Both the position numbers and the translations under genes were made by a program. A DNA stretch of 64,000 nucleotides from Eremomyces bilateralis CBS 781.70 (taxonomy: Eukaryota). The notes under the pieces are model-generated. The model had not been told where the DNA came from. It did no database searches and saw only the letters and a list, made by a program, of their open reading frames with translations. Of this stretch, positions 50,344 through 63,065 are shown one piece after another (the stretch's first letter is position 1; every line of letters starts with the position of its first letter). The stretch lies in assembly GCA_010015585.1 (NCBI GenBank), contig ML975155.1. The stretch is one strand, 5' to 3'.

Positions 50344-51783
50344 ACGACCGATACCATCCATGATATCCCAGCATCTGCATATGACGCATCATCTATATCA
50401 GGATCAGGCGTTCGGGCATTGGGATGAAGGTCTATAAACGGGTTCTTGCTTTTTTACTAAGCTTTGCATGACCGGCGTTGGGTACCGGTTGGCTAGAAAG
50501 CTTAACGAAGGGTGCACCCCAGGCGCGGCTTTGGTTCGACGGCACTCATATTTTGCATCTGTCGCATGGATGATCACACCCATGGCAGTTTCTTGTTCTT
50601 ATTTCCTTTCAATGTCATTTAGAAACTACTTCTCCCTTGGCATTTCAGGATCCTGACGAGTTTTCCCGAGATCCACCAGTTTGTTTTATCCTTTTCAAGG
50701 ACCACTTGTGCTTAAAATTTTGTGTTGACCTTCTCGTTCTCATTTTGGTCATTGTCCATCATTGGAAGCAATATGCTACCACATCCTTCCTCGGCCCTCT
50801 CAAGCCAAATCGAGCTCAGGGAGAGAAAGAGTACACGGCGGAGACTGGAACGACTGTTTGGTCGATGATCTATCCAAACCTCGGCAGTATATGTGGTTCA
50901 TAATTTGACTGCTCAGAGACAGGATGAATATAGTTATTCGGCCGTGATCGAGCTACACTTGTCAATATACATCCTCCTGGTTGTTTCAGTCGATCTGAAA
51001 GTCTTGGAGAACTACCCTAGCCACCTTGCACGATACCGCCGTTGAGTGTAAAACGATCGACGAACCCTTCCCTCCTCCGGAACACTGACAATGTTGTAGA
51101 ATTTAACAATACGTGATTCGCCATAGTGTGTCATGCTGAGCTTGGTCCTACCTCTGCCATTACTCTCCTGCGCTCGTGTTTTCTCAATCTCTTTCTCACT
51201 CGTGCAATGAGTGTCGCGTAATCGAATAAATTGCGATGTTCCAACTATAGCCTGGGAAAAGCCTATCAAAGAAATGTGGCTCGTGACACTCGATTCAGTG
51301 GCTGGCTAATGATTTCATATTTCATATTCGACCTTACCCTGATCTCGATACTTAAAGGATCCTGTCTATATCCTTGGAATATTTGCTTGATAATACCCGG
51401 AGTAACTTGGACCCGAGTTGCGGCTTCCGAGTTGCGGCCTCTCAGCTACCTAGACCCGAGACACCGCTTAAGCCAGTCGGTATGATAGGTGTCCGTGGCT
51501 TCGTCGTATCTAGCAGAAAATCAGTCACACCTCGGTTCCGAACCCGGCCCGACGGCTGACTTTGACAGGTTAAGGAAGGGGAAGGTGTACTACATAGTAT
51601 GGTTACGTGTTTGGCGACACAAGAGAGGGGGATGAATCAGGAATGGGGGCACAACATTACGATAGGTTAGGCCCTCAACAGATTTCGGAGTAAATTGATA
51701 CAGTTAACAACGCGACTCTGCTGTTCAGGGGCCCAAGGGGGTTTCGGCGGGTCGCGCGACTTGGAGTAATTAAGGGTTCCCCG

Positions 51784-53892
51784 GCGGCGTGCACGGTCCC
51801 ACCTCGTGCACGATTCTCAAAGTAACATCACAGTCAGTGTTTGAAGCTATTCACACCCATATAAATAGCATATATTAAAAATACTCATGGTATTGAGGTC
51901 TATGTAACAAGGAGATCATTTTGGCGTAATTTCGCAGTCCTGTAGGTGTTTGGGGAGGCGTCGAACACGCTGTGGGCGCGCCCGGTGCTCGCCTTCTTCT
52001 ACCTTCTCCTGTACCACTTCTTCCCTAATTTGGAGGTCTTAGGGCTGTAGATTTTGGTGTAAAGAGGCTTGTATACGGGGTTTCTTGACGGTTGGGCGGA
52101 TTTTCGACTCCTTTCTGTAGTTGTTGATCTGCTAATCGTGCCTGACGTAATGCCTCCTTCTCCTTCGCTATATGTGCCTTTTCTTGCTCGCGCAAAGTGC
52201 GTGCCTCTAGGCGCTGAATCTTCCTTTCAAGTAGTAACCTTTCTTTCTCCTCTTTTTGTCGCATCCTCTCTAGCTTTTTCTGCTGTTTTTGGACTTGGAG
52301 ATCGGATTTCTCCTGCTCTTTTTATATCTGGAGTTCGCGAGCTCGCTGAACCTTCGAGGGACTAAAGAATTGGGCCTTAATACCATCGTTTTCAGCACGA
52401 AGGTCATCAAACACCGGTTTAGCCCGCTTACGTTTCTTTTTTTTAGTAATAATAGCCTGCCTTAGGCCCTGGTTCTCCGCCCGTAAGAGAACCATATCGG
52501 TTGAAAGCTGTGCGACCGCGGTATATAGTTTTCGAGTCTTCGCGGTTACTACATCACCAACTGCCTTACGTACGACCTATTTCACATGCCTCCAATCCGA
52601 AGAGGATAGGTGAGAGTGTCCTGATAAAGAATTAGAGCCCGGTCGGTTCGGTTCTTCACTCATCCCTAGCGCCTGGAGAACGATGAATTCATCCAGTGGA
52701 TTCAGTCCGGTCTTCCGCCAACTACTCAAGATGTTTTCCTCGGTGAAGGCCTTGCCCCAAGCGATCCAAAATAAGCGGAAAAAGTCTCTTTTCGAGATAG
52801 AACAGAGCCCTTGGCTTTCGGAGATGTGGCGGTTGAGTTCCTGACCGTAATATACCGCGAGGGGACTGAAAAGACTGACATCAAGAGGCTGTAGTCGATG
52901 GGTGGTGTGAGGGCGGATAACAATACACTAATATCTTGTTTTGATCGTACTAATCCAGAAATCTCATATTAATGTGGCTCCTATGCCCGTTAATCACTAG
53001 GAGCCGATACTACCGCCGCGCTTTTGCCTTAGTATACCGATCGAATATGTTCGTCAACCAGTTATACCCTAATTCGTCGTTCGTCTACCCCGTTGGTGAG
53101 GATGCAAAAAAGGCGGCATGTTTCTGTGTGTCGAAATCCTGTAACCAAGAGTCCTGGAGACTCCCTGAAAGGGCCTGGTAAATCAATCCAGGCGGTAGCC
53201 ACGATCCATCCGCACAAATACAGGCAAGTATGGTAATCCACTCGCGATTACCATCGGTCGTAGCTGACAAGCTCTTGTTTTGCCTCATAACCTCTTTTGT
53301 GATGATGCGTTTCATCTTGGTCATCATCCCGATTAGGAAGCCCTTCTTATCCATATTGTACATATTCTCCGATACGATCTCATATTCCGCAATTTTTACG
53401 CGTAGTAACTCGTAGAAATCACAATAGTCCTTCGCCTTATCCGCACGAGTCCTGGAGCTTTCGATAATACTAAGATATTTGGCGTCGAGTAAGGTGGCGT
53501 GCCGTTCCACGAATCGGCCCACCCAATTCTTGCCCACCTCCTGTTTTGCGATATCCGACGCGAAATTCCATACCATCTCAGAGGTAGGGGGAAACCCACG
53601 TCTACATAGGTCGTTTATATAGGTAATTAGTCTGGATTCTTTGGTGGGCGCTCAATTTGCCCTAGTGTTGGTAGGCTTCATGCCTGGAGGTAGTGACTTT
53701 CCGATGGCGCCTCGACAAAGTAGAACGATCGACTTGGAACTTCTTTGCAATCGCGGTATAATTAGGCTTTTCTTCTAAGGCTAACGCAACAAGAGCCGCC
53801 TCAATTGGATCCATTTTGGCAAAGTTATTACAATTCTAACGTTCGAGTGTGCCGATACCAAATCGTGCACGAGGTGGGACCGTGCACGCCGC
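51784..53892 (-). mobile_element. pogo/Fot1-type (Tc1/mariner superfamily) DNA transposon, full length, inactivated
   Basis: Perfect 32-bp inverted repeats at 51784-51815 and 53861-53892 enclose a degenerate transposase. Confidence 0.92.
51916..53814 (-). pseudogene. DDE_1/CENP-B-like transposase pseudogene
   Basis: MDPIEAAL...IAKKFQVDRSTLSRR HTH, VGKNWVGRFVERH, YNMDKKGF, NREWITILACICADG, LLVINGHRSH, HTTHRLQPLDV. Contains in-frame stops (TGG>TAG at 53085-87) and frameshifts. Confidence 0.9.
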
Positions 53893-54582
53893 GGGGAAGA
53901 CCAGACGACCTCTGACCTCATCTGACCTGACCTATGCGCCTCGCGATTCCTCGCGGTTGCCTTAAATTAATTAAAACAGTGCGCGCGAACCATGTGAACC
54001 ACCTCCCAAAAATTCCCCTTGAAATTTGCCGCCCTCTAAAAGAATCTTGAACGGTATAATTGCAATTTTATGCTTTGTTTGGAATGGTTTAAACTTCCTA
54101 AAATATTATTTAACTGATTCTTTTTTCCTCCATGAAGTTTAAAAGTTAATTCAGGAATGGTAGTGGTGAGAAATTGCCGATTCAAAAGGACAAGTTGAAG
54201 TTCAACTGAAATTCCGGAAGAACCTCAAGCTTGACTCTCGTTGCATTTCCACGATCCATTGTCGCCTCTCAACGGCCAGTATAAGTCTGCTCACCTCCCG
54301 CCCACATACCTTTTGCAACTGTCCTGTTTCCTCCTAGGATAGTGTTGAAATCATCTAAGAATAAAGCCACTGAAATCACCACTCTTCTCGAAAATATTCC
54401 ATCACTTGGTGTCTAGCACCTCTCCACTGGCCATCACTGCAGGTGTGTACCACCCAGATTGTTAATATGATTCATGATCGTTACTTCATGTTCTCAGTAT
54501 GTGCTCATGTATTGTTGCCCGAGTCTCCCTACTCATTGCTTTCTAATGTTATGGATGTTTATGAACAATACTTACTGGATTT

Positions 54583-55380
54583 GTGTCGAGCAGTCCATCG
54601 TCCTTAGGGCCGTACAGTTATAACGACGAAACACAACTGCAGCTCCGACTTGGATCTCAGGATCCAGCCCAATCCATACCTGTAGACTTCGGCTGCAGCT
54701 GCACTAGAGCTTCCTCCAGTGCCTGGAAGCTTTGCTTTGGTTCAAGTAACATCATGGGTGCGCACTTGCAATGGCAGCAAGCCCCGCTTGTCGTTCCCCT
54801 CCGCGGGCCCCTCGTCCCAGCAGGGACCCAGACAGGCGGGGCTGGCCCGCACGCCACGCCTGTCATACCGGGCCTACTGCCCGGCCCGATAGGGCAAGCC
54901 GTTGGATCGGTATCAGGGACCCTTCCTATCAACGTAGTAGCTTCCGGAAATTCCATCTCGGTCCAACCCCAGCACGATCGCACCATCATCGGAATCGAGG
55001 TGCGATACAAGGACGGCAGCACCGAACAACTTGACGAATCGCAGTTTCATCAGTGCCCGAAGCTCATTGCTGAGGCAGCGAAGCTTCAGCATGGCGTTGG
55101 TGAGCCAAGCGACACAATTATGACTGTGCCCGGCCAAAGCCCGCAGAGCCTGTCGGGGCCCTGCCCTATTTCAGAGATAGGCGCCAGCCTTGACGGTATC
55201 GGGTATTTTACCCAAGGTGCAAGCAGGCTGTCTTCGCGCCATTCGTCGCTGCAAATCTCGTCCGACGGAAGCGAGACCTCGAGTGACAGTTCGCGGGGTC
55301 GCAGGTCTCGCCATCTTGGAGCTCCAAGTAAGGTCTCCCACCAGGGATATCGAGGAAGTACAGGGCTAACAGGAGCTTAG
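54583..55380 (+). CDS. Hypothetical protein (start uncertain; first in-frame ATG ~54753)
   Basis: About 800 bp open frame, richer in GC than the AT-rich flanks. No family confidently recognised. Confidence 0.4.
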   Translation: MSSSPSSLGPYSYNDETQLQLRLGSQDPAQSIPVDFGCSCTRASSSAWKLCFGSSNIMGAHLQWQQAPLVVPLRGPLVPAGTQTGGAGPHATPVIPGLLPGPIGQAVGSVSGTLPINVVASGNSISVQPQHDRTIIGIEVRYKDGSTEQLDESQFHQCPKLIAEAAKLQHGVGEPSDTIMTVPGQSPQSLSGPCPISEIGASLDGIGYFTQGASRLSSRHSSLQISSDGSETSSDSSRGRRSRHLGAPSKVSHQGYRGSTGLTGA

Positions 55381-56363
55381 ATGCACGAGCGTATACCGCA
55401 CCAATGTTGCAACGGTACCTCGATTCGGCAGAAAATGAGGGATGGCCGTTGTTTTCACGCAGCACCCTCTGAGTCTCACAGTCACCTCTGGTGCTGGCAC
55501 CGAAGAAGTTCTTTCGTCTCGCCTCGAAGTTTTGGTGTAGGCCCAACATTAGCCACCCTACCGTCCAACAAGATCTTATAACTGTTAATAAAAATTAAAA
55601 GCTAAGTTAAACCTTATCAAATATTAAAATTATTACGTACTTCCAGCCAAGATATGGTACATACAATGGGGATGTTGGGGTTCGCACAAGCGCGCAGCGC
55701 ATGTGATCCCCTTCCGCTGTACTTGCATATGGTACCCGAGACAGCGCATATCCGCACCAGTGCTAGAAATTCGCCAGTTTCGGTTCACAACCTTAATTCT
55801 GATACAGCATCTACTGTGGGATCTGTTGCACTCTTCATCATTCCAGAGCCCAGAACCATATAGCATTGTTTCTACGATACACACGAACCAGAGCGACCAC
55901 TGACCAGACGCCAGCCTCTCCACGACTCCACCTCATTTCTACCCTGGTACCTCGTGATGCTCCTTATATCTTAGTCCTTACTAGGAGAGGGTTGGTTAGC
56001 GCATAACTACCGGTAGCGGCATATGGATATTGGATAATGTCATCGGATGTCTGGGGAAAATACTCCCGTCCCCACACGGGAATAGCCTTTGCTGCATAGC
56101 GCGGTTATTTTCCTAGCTCGATAGCAACGGCGTGCCTTTCCCCCGCGAACTTGTCTAGTTAGCGGCTCACTAATGCTCTAGGTAAAGAGGCGTCTCACAT
56201 GCGTGATAGGAAGAATACAGGTACACCTCGGAAGTTATCTGATTGATTGTTTTCGTGATGGAAATCTACATGTACAGTCGAGATCCCTTCGGGCCTGGGG
56301 GCTCGAAGAAAGGAATGTAGCAGAGGGTTTTTCATATTCGTGTCTAAGTCCTCACGAGCAGTC

Positions 56364-58460
56364 ATGGCGGTTCGATCGATGTTTCGTTCTTCTTGTATCC
56401 TCCTTTTCTTTACTCTTGCGTACTGTTTACCTCAAGAATCAGCGTCGCTGTCTCTCCAATCCCGTCAATCATGCGAGAATAGTCCGACTTCAAGGGAGTG
56501 TTGGGGGCAGTATAGTATTGATACGGATTACTATACCGTATTTCCAGATACGGGGGTAACAAGAGAGGTATCGATCGCCATGGGGTCATTTCTGGTATGA
56601 ACCCTTGCGAACTATTTACTAACGATGCAACGAACCAGTATTGGCTAGTTGCCCAAAATGTGACCATCTCACCAGATGGATATGAAAGAAAAGCACTTGT
56701 GATCAATGGGACCATGCCCGGGCCGACGATTGAAGCCGACTGGGGAGACACCATAATGATCCACGTTACAAACGAGATGGACGATGGAACTGCTATACAC
56801 TGGCATGGGATCAGGCAGTTCCACTCTGTTATGGCTGATGGTACGTATAGTTCCTCATGAGCAAACATTCAAGGGCAAATGCTGATTTAGATAGGTGTTC
56901 CTGGTGTCACCCAATGTCCTATTCCTCCTGGAGAGACCATGACTTACAAATTCAAAGCAACCCAATATGGGACATCCTGGTAAGCTGGACGCATCATGAT
57001 GCCTACAATACTAACTTATGCTAGGTATCATTCCCACTTCAGTCTACAACTCGGAGATGGGATGCTCGGTCCTATTGTCATCCACGGACCGGCGACCGCA
57101 AACTACGACGTTGATCTTGGCCCGTTCGTAATTCAAGATTGGGGCCACGTCTCGGCATTTACAATCTGGACCGATTGGACTCGACTAGACCAGCAGCACA
57201 AACTTGCGCTCTTCCAGCCAGCCTTAGAGAACGGCCTCATTGGTGGTGAAAACACGTATGACTGCACTAAATCGACTGATCCAGCCTGTACAGGACGCGG
57301 GAAACGGACCGAAGCCGTTTTCGAACCAGGAAAGAAATATCGTCTCCGCCTCGTCGGTGCTCAAATCGATGGCTACTTCAAATTCACCATCGATGGCCAC
57401 AAGTTTACCGTCATATCGAATGACTTCGTACCCATAAAACCATATCAAACTGATAACGTTATTATCGTGAGTGGACAGCGCTATGATATCGTTGTTGAAG
57501 CCAACCAGCCCATCGGGAATTACTGGATGCGCGCGATCTACCAGACCGCCTGCAATCAGAACGACAATGACAATAAAGACAATATCCGAGGTATTGTGAG
57601 ATATGCTGGCGCAGCTACGGACGTAGACCCAACAACCAGCCAGTGGTCAGGGATTAAGGACTCTTGCGGTGACGAACCCTACAGTAATTTGGTTCCATGG
57701 GTGAAGATGGACGTTGGCGAAAGTTCATACAAAGGAGACCTGCCAGTAAGATGGTAAGCGAAATAAAACCACAATTTGCCGGCGATTAACGAGAAATAGG
57801 TATTATGAATTGAACCTGGCCTTCCACTGGACACTTGGTACCGGTACCATGATTGTCAACTGGTCTGACCCCACGGTATCGCAACTTTACCATGGAGACA
57901 ACCAGTTTGAAGAAAACGACAATGTCATCCGGGTCACCCAGTCTGACAAATGGACCTATTGGGTCATCACTGATCAAACCATCGTAGTAAGTGGCTAACA
58001 TCGACCGACTCCGATCCTGGCTAAGAGATTCCCACAGAACGTCTATCACCCAATGCATCTCCATGGACACGACCTCTTTGTTTTAGCACAAGGAAGGGGT
58101 ATCTTCAATCCATTAACAGTGAAGTTGAACACCGTCAACCCGCCCAGGAGGGATACCGTCTCAATAGAAGGGACTGGCTATTTAGTCATCGCGTTCCTGA
58201 GCGACAATCCGGGGTGAGTGATGCCACTGCAACTCCTTCTTGTCCAAATCCTCACACTTTTGCCATTTAGGTCATGGTTGTTCCACTGCCACATCGCATG
58301 GCATGCAAGCCAGGGGCTCTCGTTACAGTACATGGAACGTGAGTCGGAAATTCCTGGCCTCATCGATGCTTCGTCCGCTAGTGCCATGGATAGCCAGTGC
58401 GCGAAGTGGAGGGACTGGTATAAGACAACGGATCATCCTCAGGATGACTCTGGCATCTAA
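56364..58460 (+). CDS. Laccase / multicopper oxidase (AA1, ascomycete type), secreted
   Basis: Signal peptide and all four Cu motifs: IHWHG, WYHSH (across an intron), [23 protein letters not shown]. Ends with the ascomycete laccase C-terminal DSGI*. Confidence 0.95.
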
Positions 58461-58988
58461 TTTATCAGAGATATTTTCTGGAGGGGATTCATGAATGGAT
58501 GATTAGAAATGCCTAGAAACTAAGATCCGGACGAGTCAACCTCTCAAACTGTCTGGAGATTGGAGTAATAGCTCTCTCTGCTCATCCTTGTACGCTGGGC
58601 CCCGGCTTGAAAATGACGCAGATTGCCAGATTCATTGGCTCGGGCGCTCGGGCGGTGGGTTTTCTCCTTTCCGGGCGCCACAGCAGGGTCGAGTCCCCGC
58701 AATACCCCAAATGGTCGGGGACTCGGGGGCTTAAGCGCCGCGCACGTGCCTCCCCTGGTCGGTCCTGTGATCAGGCCTCAGGCATTGCTTTCCCATCTCC
58801 CATGGCTCAACGATGAACGGTCTGCCTCAACCGGAATCCGTTCCTAGCCAGATGAATTCGCCCTTGTCCTCCCGCAATTAATATATTACGCGTCGCACGT
58901 GCTTTTGTTCCGTTCCACCTTGCGCGTGTCATCTTCTCCCTGACGTTCTGCCATCATCAATGAAGATATAGTTGGGCGATAGACATTC

Positions 58989-60879
58989 ATGGCTTCGGCG
59001 GGCGGGCCGCCCGGTGAGCTTGAAGATGCCCCTCAAACCGCCACCACACGCTCGAAACTCACCACCGCCCAACGACGGGAGAGGAAGCGGAAGTTGGATC
59101 GAGAAGCTCAGCGGGCCGTGAGGGAGAAGACGAAGAATCACATCGCGTACCTGGAAGGGCTGGTGAAAGCCCTCCAGAACCCGGAGGGAAACGATGGTCG
59201 CATGCAGGAGCTGGTTGCACAGATTGAAAACGGCCATGAAGAGGCGAAGGTGCTGAAGGAGGCGTTGGGAAGTATTGGGAAGATCGTGAACGGGATCGCC
59301 AAAAATGGTAACGATGAGGACCACATGTCGATTGTGAAGTCGGAAGATCGCGGTCCTCCAGGCAGCGGAGATATGCCTGGCCAAAGTGCTGTCGCCAGTT
59401 CTTCTACCTCTCCGCCAGAATCGAATTCCACAAGCATCAGGTCTATGTCGGGGGACCAACAAGCGGGCAATCTACCCTCTAGAACCAATCCGTTTGCTTC
59501 CGGAGCGGCTCAGGCTGAGGCTTCGAATCCAATCATTGATGAACCATTATATGGTGTCATTGATGCGGAGCCATACATTCAAGATCACCGTTCAACCGGA
59601 GGAAACTCGGTGCCCACAGCAGCGGGAGCTGCATTCGCCAACGCGACACCGACCGTTCCCCCTTATCCCCTCGTAAACCCAGCTCTTATTGAGCAGGGGA
59701 GGAGTATCAAGTCCTTGGATGGCACCGTAAACCGACAATCGAGTGACGACTTTAACAATAGCGAGCGATATTGGTCATCATATTCCATTCCACCGCTAAC
59801 CAACGAAACTACTAGCCTGGTTGAGCTTAAACAGGTAATCAAAGACACCGTCAACATGGTCATGATGAGCCCAGGCCTTCAAAGCAAGTTCTGGTATTTG
59901 GGTGGAATGATTCTCCAGCACCTGTTGAACCGACCAGATGCTCCATTGACCCCACGTCATATGGACGAGGACATAGCCATTCGGGCCTGTTTGCATGGCT
60001 GGCAGGCGGTGGAGCAACAATATGTGCTGGATGGTTGTTGGCAGTGGTTGAAGGTGTTGGATACGCATATGTACTCCCACCTTGGGTTCCCCGAGAGAAT
60101 GGCGATCCTGAGGATCAAGAGGACAAAGTTTCTGGTAAGCCGGTTATTGCATCTCGTGCGATCCGAGACTAACCAGCGGTCTAGGCTCAAGTCAAACAGG
60201 ATATGACATATGAACTCAAGTTACCTGCATTCATGAAGCCAAGGTTAGTCCTACCTCATTCTCAGTCACCTGGTTCTAACTTCGACTAGACCAGCTCAAG
60301 AGAATGTCCAACATGACGCCCTAGTTGAATATTTCGTCTGGTAAGTTACACTACCCACCGAATATGTCACTTGACTGACAGCGCAGGCCTGGCATGCGGG
60401 AACACATCCTGTTCTCTCCTACCAAGTACGCTACCGACGCCTTTATGGAACCCTTCCGTCAAAACCTCCATTTCCTCTGGCCACACGAACCCCAGGACAT
60501 CTACCAACGCGACCACGCAACCGGCCTCTACAACTTCAGCGACCTTTGGACTAGCCATATGGCGCACATCGGGTGCTGGCGCATCAACTCCGATTTCTTC
60601 GAGGTATACCCGCATCTTCGGCCCGACATCCCGTGCTCGACGGAGAGTCCGGTGAATTCGCGGGCACTGGTCAAGAAGACATTCAACGACGTCGCGAGGA
60701 GAATATGCACGTCGGAGACCACCAATCGCGCGGACGGCGCGGGCAGAGGGTCCGTATCGCTTTTCGGAGAGCAGGACGAGGAGGAGCAGAAACAAAACGA
60801 GAACGAGCAATTTTGTAGCCCGCATACGATGGCGACGGTGCCAGTGGATACGTTGCTCTCATTTACGACTCGGAATTGA
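58989..60879 (+). CDS. bZIP transcription factor with DUF3425-like C-terminal domain
   Basis: QRRERKRKLDREAQRAVREKTKNHIAYLE basic zipper. Spliced LPAFMKPRP...HDALVEYFVWPGMREH..., FLWP and WRINSDFFEVYP. Confidence 0.88.
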
Positions 60880-62007
60880 TTATCGATACCCCGTGGAGGG
60901 TGAAGTTGGGGTTTGTGGCGTCAAGAGGCACACCGGACCGGATTTTGCTGGTTTCGATGAGCCATGGAACGACGCACGACTTGGGATGCGGTAACCGGTG
61001 TTTTGTGGTTTGAATACTTGGAGAAAAATCAGTGCCTATCAAAAGCAGGGGCGTATAGGTAGACTTTATGGTAGCACTGCTTTACCAGGCGAGTGATTCG
61101 ACTCGACTGATATGCCGAATGTACAACCGAACGACGCGGTGATGGAGTTAATTGCAGATATTTCGGTCATGTTCTTCATCTAGGCGCGTTGAGAGGATTA
61201 TTGAGAGATATCAACACAAGTCTAGAGCCAGACTACGGAACTCATTCATTGGAAACTTATGCCCATGGATTTTAATATAATCATTAGTAATTTCCATACG
61301 GCTTGTGCATTCGATCGAATGTCTTCGTTTCGGTCGTGATTCGACGCTTCTTCTCGACCAGGAAATCTGGCCGACCTGAGGAGCCAATCCCCAGCAGAAC
61401 TCCAACATCCCCACGCACCACCTCCCCTTTTCATCTTCATCGCTGCTCCAATGGCCAAACGCTCATTCAGAACCTCCATCCGGACTTCTAGATTTCGATA
61501 CCATATCTCAATCCAATTAACAAGCCAGTCGCAAGTAGGCAGGTACGGACATAATGATGGCTCTGTGGTCGGCGCTCGTCCCACCAAACAGGAGGCCCAT
61601 CACGGCATTTGCTACTAGACTTGAAACCATCCAGCCACGGAGAGCCCTTCGGCTCTGAACAATCCATGGTCTCGACCTTTCTTCTTTGTTTAAGTGGCAA
61701 ATTTCACATCCATCCATACGATGAAGATCGACTGCAATGATGATGCTAGTTTACTTGGCTCGAAACGGCTGAAGATGAGAAAAGTCTTCGCCGGGTCGAG
61801 TACCTGTACGCTTTGGGCAGATGCTCCTGCCGTATATTGATTGATGGGGCATCTGGATCAGATTGAGCGTCTGTATATTAATCTCGGATCATGGCCCGGT
61901 AGGTCATTTCGCAGTCTACGATCAGCATTGTCAAAGTCCAGCATTTCTTCCATTTTTGTCCTTGTTCCATGCGGCGTCATTTTTAGAACCATTCGTACCC
62001 CTTCATT

Positions 62008-63065
62008 ATGAAGCGCTCCCTTTTTGGAGACGCCCTTTCTTCTCTCCTCGCTCTCCTCCCCGTCTCGACTCCCTCCCCTCAGCCGATTCCAACGCTACCT
62101 CCCGTCCTTGCAGTGCCGACCTCCCCTCCCTCCGCCGCCGACCCTAGCCGCCTCTGCAATGGCCAGTCCAGTTACTGCTCGCGCAAATACACCGAGATCG
62201 CCTTCATCGGTGCACACGACTCGCCCTTCGTCGGCATATTGCCCACGCAGAACCAAGGCCTGGAGGTGACGGAGCAGCTAGATAAGGGGGTGCGGTACCT
62301 ACAGGGGCAAACGCAGACGGACGGGGGAACGTTGAATCTGTGCCACACGGCGTGTGCATTGGAAGATGCGGGGCCCATAGAAGACTATTTGCACACGGTG
62401 AAGGCATTCTTGGAAGGGAACCCCGGTGAGGTGGTCACGCTGTTGTTTGTGAATGGAGACCGAACCCCCATTGAGGAGTGGAAAGCAGCGTTCGAGGAGA
62501 CGGGAATTCACGAGTATGCATATGCACCAGAGAAAAAGCCATTGCCGATGGGCGAGTGGCCGACATTGGGGGAGATGATTGATATGGGGAAGAGATTGGT
62601 GGTCTTCCTCGGTATAGCTTCTCCCTAACCGGGTCTCTCCGATTTTATATCCCCCAATTACCCAAACTAATAAGGAATCCTTCTCAAGACACCGGCGCCG
62701 ATCAATCCAAAGTCCCCTACCTCATCGACGAATTCTCCCACTACTTCGAAACCCCCTTCGGCGTCACCGACCCCAGCTTCCCGGACTGCTCACTCGACCG
62801 CCCTAAGAGCGACCGCCCGTCGGAAACCGCGTCGTCACGCATGTACATCGTCAACCACTTTTTGAACGTCGAGCTGCTCCCGGGCTTGAAGGTCCCGGAC
62901 CGGATGAAGGCACCGCAGACGAACGCCGCGGAGGGGAATGGCGGGGTGTTGAAGCAGGTGGGGATCTGTCAGACGAATTGGGAGAGGAGGCCGAATGTGG
63001 TGTTGTTGGATTATGTTGAGTTCGCGGACGTGAAGGAGTTAGAGAGGATATTGAATCGTCCTTGA
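62008..63065 (+). CDS. Secreted PI-PLC-like phosphodiesterase (PLC X-domain TIM barrel)
   Basis: Signal peptide, CNG..YCSRKY, FIGAHDSPF, QLDKGVRYLQ, LCHTAC..LEDAG, EVVTLL, intron 62612-62688, FETPF, NHFL, RPNVVLLDY. Confidence 0.9.

Noticed and set aside
27200..56300. Accessory region as a giant Starship-type element
   Set aside because: No DUF3435 tyrosine-recombinase captain or boundary repeats seen, and conserved genes (SAP30, lgd1, rhodanese) are interspersed.
56364..63065. Laccase, bZIP and PLC-like genes as a secondary-metabolite cluster
   Set aside because: No backbone synthase in the window; adjacency alone is insufficient.
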